Shown here one piece after another: positions 58,340 through 64,000 of a stretch of DNA of 64,000 nucleotides. This stretch comes from the human T2T-CHM13v2.0 reference genome, Homo sapiens, in assembly GCF_009914755.1 (NCBI RefSeq), contig NC_060927.1. The stretch is one strand, 5' to 3'. Positions within the stretch are counted from its first letter, which is position 1, and each line of letters starts with the position of its first letter. The notes under the pieces are model-generated. The model had not been told where the DNA came from and did not search any database. It saw only the letters and a program-made list of their open reading frames with translations. The translations under genes and the position numbers were made by a program.

Positions 58340-58424
58340 TTAGGTGAAATCACATGAAATTGCCAATATTTGACTGGTTAGCCTGCAAAAATGGTCAAAC
58401 CTAATCTCATATGGTTCAATCTAA
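58340..58424. mobile_element. MADE2 (Hsmar2 MITE)
   Basis: ttaggtgaaatcacatgaaattgcc...aaaaatgg...tcatatggttcaatctaa inverted termini. Confidence 0.7.
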
Positions 58425-59639
58425 TCTATCCTGTATGATCTGTCTGAATGACAAAGAAGTCATGGAAGAAAAATAAAATATTTAGAGGGCCTTTATTCAT
58501 CATAGTGACTGCATCAGTCCCATGTTCAAAAATATTCAGTTGATCACTACTAGCTTACATTCATCAGAGTGAAGACCAAAGCCCTCTAGAGAGGACTCAG
58601 CCTGCTCATCAGTAGTATTCATTCCTACTTCCCAGCACCAACCAACAGTTTTCTCAGAATCTTTCCAATCTTGTCTCTTACTTCACCTCTTAAAGTTCAG
58701 CATATGTAAAAGGAGTTTGTCAAAGGGTCCCAAATTTCCTCTAATTCATTTAAACATTCAATTTAATCCAGTCTTATTAAAAGCAAAGGATAACAGAAAT
58801 AAGAATTATAACCAAAGTATAACAAAGAAGTCAACATTCTTTTCCAGACCCTGAATATTTATCTAAAACCGACGTCAACAAATTCAAAAGGCAATTTTGA
58901 GTTTCTGTTCAAACAGCAATACATTGTTTGATAATAAATCACTTGATCTTTAACCAATAAAAGGAGAGGCTTATGGAATAAGCCTTAGTTCAGAGGATTC
59001 TTCCAGGGGTTGAGGAAATTGTCAATAGTGTATTTGCCAGGGCAATACTTCCCAAAATCCCTGTGAGAAAAAAAAAAAAAAGGCGTTCCCAGTGTCTGAG
59101 AGGCGGGCACTCATGTTGGATCTTCCTCAAGGCATTCCCTAGGTGATTAGTTTCATAGGAAACTGGACTTGCTGAAACCATGTCCTTCCATAATAGGGTT
59201 GGACTATCTGAATCATGGGCAAGTCAGGTCTCAACTGACCCTCTTGCTAACACTCAGACTGCAAGGTTATTGGAGTTGGTTAAGAACTGCAAACATGTCT
59301 ACTACAGGGGCCCAGCCTTCTTGGCTGGACCTTTCTTCCCAGTGATTCTACAGACCATATTTTCTATGCTATACACTGCCCCTGACAATGGACCAAGATT
59401 TATTTTCCAGGATATTCTAATTAGAACCATTTTACATGCAATAGTCCCTTCTTTCACATTTTTTACCCCTTCCTGTTTGCACATAACTCTTCTCTTACAT
59501 TTTCCTAGTGAACACTTTCCCCCTTGACTTCTTTTAACCCTTTAGAGGGGTTGAATTGGGGGTTGATGAAAGCCTGTTTTGCATGTCTCCCCAAAGACAT
59601 AATTCATGCCCCCTGTGATATGGATCCACAGGGCAACTA

Positions 59640-60054
59640 GTTCACCTGGGAGTCGATTGCAACGAACACCTGTAGGGGAGTAGGGAAATGAGACAAGGAA
59701 GGGAAGGAGCCAGCAGAGGGTTCAATATCAGTCAAGTTACCACTGGGGGCAACTGGAGCAGGAGTTGCTGAGTAACTCAGGGAGCCAGTGTAGGACACAT
59801 GCTTCAGTTATCCCAGTGAAGGGGTAAAACAGAAATATAATTTATATGTCAACTCCCCTCAGTCATTGGGAGAGAGCTGCTGTGAAGTGGAGGAGTGGTG
59901 AATCCTTCAAAATTTTTGACCACCTGGCAGGTACGCAAAGCAATCTTTGGGGCGAGAGAAAGATGTTAGAAAAAAAAATTGCTGGCATTTTGAAGGCAAA
60001 CAGATGCAGGGTGGAGGAAAGGGTGCATTAGGGGTACTGACGGTGTCTGCTACA
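59640..60054 (-). mobile_element. LTR33/LTR41-like ERVL LTR fragment
   Basis: gggagtagggaaatgagacaaggaagggaagg...gttaccactgggggcaactggagc...gtgtctgctaca. Confidence 0.5.
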
Positions 60055-60550
60055 AAGCTAAAACTCAATTTGAAAGAACAAAAGTAAAAAAGGGTTAAAG
60101 GAATCAGAAAAGACAGATAGAAAGATGCCAGTCAGAAAAAAAAAAAAGCTCTGTGATAGAATCTCAGCTTAGCTAATCCATTCCTAATTTCCAGCACAGA
60201 CCATTCACAAATTATACTGAAATGTTGCTTGTTAAAAAGAAGGCACTACCCTCCACATTTCATGGTTGAAGAAGAATTGAACCCAACTTTTGCACAGTTT
60301 CCATAATTTTCCAACTCACACCTCTTTTCTTCAGTTTAGACCCATCTCCCTGCCACCCAACGTGCTCATGCCAGGCTCACTTTAACTGCTATGCTTTTCT
60401 CATGCTGCTTAGCCTTCCTGGAATCCTCTCCACATCATGGAAAACTTCCCCATCTGTAAGATCTACCTCAGACTCTCCTCTGCTCAGTGAGTTCCTGCCA
60501 ACACTCCACACTTCCTGATTGCCCTCTCCTCTTCTTATCTGGCCAATGGT

Positions 60551-60980
60551 TGTGGTAGGCAGAAAAACGGCACCTGTCCCAATCCCTGAAACCTGTGAAC
60601 ATGTTACCTTCCTTGGTAAAGGGGATTCCACAGATGTGATTAAACTGAGATGAGATATTCCTTTTCTCCAAGTGAGCCCAATGTAATCACAAGTGTCTTT
60701 AAGAAATGGAAGAGGGAGGATGAAGATTCAGAGTCAAAGAGAGATCTGAAGAGGCTATACTGCTGGCTTTGAAGATGGAGGAAGAGGCCACAGGCCAAGG
60801 GATACAGATGGCCTGTAGACCTCAAAAAAGTCACAGGAACAGATTCCCTCTAGAGCCTGCCAACACCAGTGGAACCTATTTTGGACTTCTGACCTCCAGA
60901 ACTGCAAGATAATAAATTTGTGTTGTTTTAAGTGACTATGCTTGTTGTAATTTGTTACAGCAACAAGAAGAAACTAATAA
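60551..60980 (+). mobile_element. MaLR LTR, MLT1D-like
   Basis: tgtggtaggcagaa...acctgtgaacatgttacctt...ctggctttgaagatggagg...tttgttacagcaacaagaagaaactaata. Confidence 0.82.
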
Positions 60981-61199
60981 AGTGGTTTTTAAGGCATGCT
61001 CCTCAGCATTCTGCATATTTTTAGAGCACTTCTGCAACAAATTCAACTAGAGAACTCTATATTTTTCAGATTTACAACATGGACTTCTATCATATTTCAT
61101 TTGAAGAAAATATTTGCCCTTAAAAATAGGTGAAATCCTATAACATATCACATATCATAGTTTACGTATTTAATTTAATGTGCCTTACGTATGGCACAC

Positions 61200-61852
61200 T
61201 GACTAAGAACATGGATTCAGAAGTCTGGTTGCCTTGGCTTGAACCCCAGCTCTGTCACTTACTAGCTGTGTAATCTTGGGCAGATTGCTTAACCTCTCTG
61301 TGCATGGCTTACTCATCTATAAAATGAAGATAAAATAATATCTACCTCTATTGAATTGGATAGTGTCCCCTCAAAATTCAGATCCTTCCCAGAACCTAAG
61401 AATGTGACCCTATTTAGAAACATGCTCATTGCAGATATTATTAGAGTAGATGACATCATTCAATATGATTGGTGTGCTTTAAAGAAGAAGAGAAACACAG
61501 GGAGAACACCATTTGTCAATGGAGGGAGAGGTTGGAGTCATCGATCTACAAGCCAAGGAATACCACAGACTGTCAGCAACACCAAGCTAAGAGAGAGGCG
61601 TGGAACAGATTCTCCTCTAGAGCCCTCAGAGAAAGCATGCCCCTGCCAACACTTTGATTTTGGACTTGTGGCCTCCAAAACTGTGAGAAATTTCTATTGT
61701 TTTAAGCCACTCTATTTGTGGTACATTGTTAAGAACAGCCCTAGGAAACTAATGCTCTATTTTACAGAGTTTTTGCAAAGACTACATTTGTTAATAATAC
61801 ATGTGAAGTCCACAGACCATACCCTGCATATTATTAATAAAGGATAGTTATT
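61200..61852 (+). mobile_element. MIR split by an MLT1B LTR (about 61350-61756)
   Basis: MIR core cccagctctgtcacttactagctgtgt...ctcatctataaaatg. MLT1B gtgtcccctcaaaattca...aatgtgaccctatttagaaa...gccctaggaaactaat. Confidence 0.78.
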
Positions 61853-61987
61853 ATTGTTTCATTTCATAAGTATTAGCCTTATTATCATTGAATTTAAAAA
61901 TGCAAATTTCAGCCATTTATTGTGTGCCTCCCAGCACTGTTTTTAAGCACTTCATGTATTCTCTCACCCAGGATGTTGCTCAGGGTG

Positions 61988-62202
61988 CCTGAGCTGAAAT
62001 GATCCTCCCAACTAAGCCTCTGGAGTGGCTGGGACTACAAGTATGCACCACCATACCCAGCTAATATTTTTTAATTTTTTATATTTATAGAGACAGTCTT
62101 GCTATATTGCTCAGGCTAGTCTTGATCTCCTGACCTTAAGCAATCCTCATACCTCAGTCTTTTAAGCGCTGGGATTACAGATGTGAGTCACCATGCCTGG
62201 CC
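61988..62202 (-). mobile_element. AluJ fragment lacking its 3' end
   Basis: gatcctccca...gggactaca...gctatattgctcaggct...gggattacagatgtgagtcaccatgcctggcc. Confidence 0.85.
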
Positions 62203-62351
62203 CTGAGACTGCTTTCTGTACTTCCTTAGAATTCCCTTCTGTGTGCAGCCTGCTGCGCAAAGGGGCCCAGTGGGCACATCTTTGTTTTGAAGAGGTGAGT
62301 CCTCTGGATTGTAGTCAGAATCTTTCACAGTCCTGGGTGTTAGAACGAGCA

Positions 62352-62823
62352 GCAGTTCTCAAAGTAAAGTCTAAGAATCCCTGAGGGTTACTAAAATGGT
62401 TGTAGGGATTCCACAAGGTCCCTGTCTTTGCCAATTTAAGTATCTGTGTGCCTGATTGTTTCATATATTTCAACCAAACCAATATATTCCAACAGATTAA
62501 ATGCAAAAGCAGATGTTTGATTCCAGCTGTCTTCCAGTAAGCTAGAGGTTAAAGAGGTTTACAAAATGTAAAACAATGCTACTCTTCTCAGTATATTTTC
62601 TTGGTTTTTGAAAATAAAAGTGTTTTTAATAAAAATATTTATATTAAGATATGAGTTTATTATTTTAAATATACTGATAATAAATATTTTAATTTTTTTG
62701 CTTTTTTTCCTAATATTATAGCTATAGAGAGCTATATCACACATCAATATGAGCCCTTGAGGGTACTCAATAATTTTTAAAAGTGTAAAGTTGTTCTGAG
62801 ACCAAAAAGTTTAAGAAATGCGG
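62352..62823. mobile_element. Charlie1-type hAT DNA transposon, internally deleted
   Basis: cagttctcaaagt start and aaagtttaagaaatgcg end. Internal cagattaaatgcaaaagcagat...tttacaaaatgtaaaacaatgc. Confidence 0.7.
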
Positions 62824-64000
62824 GTATAGTGGCTTTAAATTTTGAAATTTTACTTATTTTTAATTGCTCAGGCAGCTGGTCTTCACTCACTATATGGCTT
62901 CTGTACAAAATTGATGGTATCATCCTTCTGCGGGGTTGATTTGAGCAGTAAGATTCCAGAAAATTGTTTTACGCTTTTTTTTTTTTTTTAAACACTGGTT
63001 GGGGTGAGAGTATATAAAATTGTGTGTTTGTTTGTGTGTATATTTGTGTACACCAATTCTACCACTTAATAAACACATTCCAATTGAAACTTGAGGAATG
63101 AGCAAGGGTAAAAATAGAAGATGAATTCAATAGGGATGGATATAAGTTGGGACGTTTACTTGCAAAGTCACAAAGACAAGTGCCTAAGAGAAACGATGTT
63201 GACTACAGAACCCATGCTCCTTTTATACGAGCAAATAACAGAGAAATTTATTTTGGGATTCTCTGACTTCTTTCCCTCGTTTGTTGTTATTTTGGGAGGC
63301 CATCCAAATTGTCTTTAGCTTTATGTATAATCCCAAACACCAATCAAAACTCTCCAAATGAGCATGGCAAAGCTTGAGCCATGGCAAGATTTTCTTTCTT
63401 GCTTAAGATGGCAGGTAAGAATCCAGAAAAGCCAGATGTAGTATTTGAACCCAATTTTCCTCAGCAAGAAGGCAGCTTCCATAATTCTAAAAAGACTCCA
63501 TGATACCTCATGCTAAAGTGTTTACGTCTTGCACCCATCTCTGAGTCTTTAGAGGATACCGTCTCTGAGGAACCCAATAAGAGAGCCCACCTGGACTCAG
63601 CCAGGCCACTGAAGAGGCAGCTTCTGAATGCTAGCCAAATTCTGACCATTGTGTTCCAGCAGCTTCATTTCCCAATGGCCCAAGATTCCCTTCGAGAAAC
63701 AAGGACAAGAACCAAACATAAGTTGTTTTGAGAAGAAAGCTATTTCATGCAGATTCCTAATCCCCTCTTCATGAAAAAATGGAATTTATACTTGTTTACC
63801 CATCTGTGTTCTTGCCAGAGAAGAGAAGTCACACCAGCTCTGTGGAAGGCATTAATCCCCTGGCTAAATCCTTGCAGATATGTTTTCAAACAGGCCTGAA
63901 ATATGAACCCTGGTTCCCCCTGTGTATTGCTGCAGTGACCTGAGAACTCTCCTCAGGGAGCTAGATACTAGAAGGCAGGCTGAGCCAGAAGCCATCTTCA

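Noticed and set aside
61356-61847. 163-aa ORF
   Set aside because: Lies in MLT1B/MIR sequence, starts at TTG and resembles no protein family I recognise.

Overview
Primate genomic DNA (catarrhine, most likely human or great ape, judged from AluY, L1PA3/4-type LINEs and HERV-W). It is AT-rich and CpG-depleted, with no recognisable cellular protein-coding exon, so it is intergenic or deep intronic and dominated by interspersed repeats. All long ORFs are retroelement remnants. The centrepiece (about 33242-39520) is a HERV-W processed copy. It starts in LTR17 R with no U3, has its pre-gag leader spliced out and lacks RNase H/integrase. Just before the env transmembrane anchor it joins directly to an L1PA7/8-type 3' end and poly(A) tail. 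A degenerate 12-bp target-site duplication appears to bracket the whole unit, which suggests a single HERV-W/L1 chimeric retrotranscript made by template switching. The copy also carries four local duplication-plus-deletion scars, including a doubled primer-binding site and a doubled receptor-binding motif. A second notable element is a 5-kb L1 with a twin-priming 5' inversion of almost all of ORF1 and a templated repair scar in ORF2. Family names and consensus comparisons come from recalled sequences, not from a database search.
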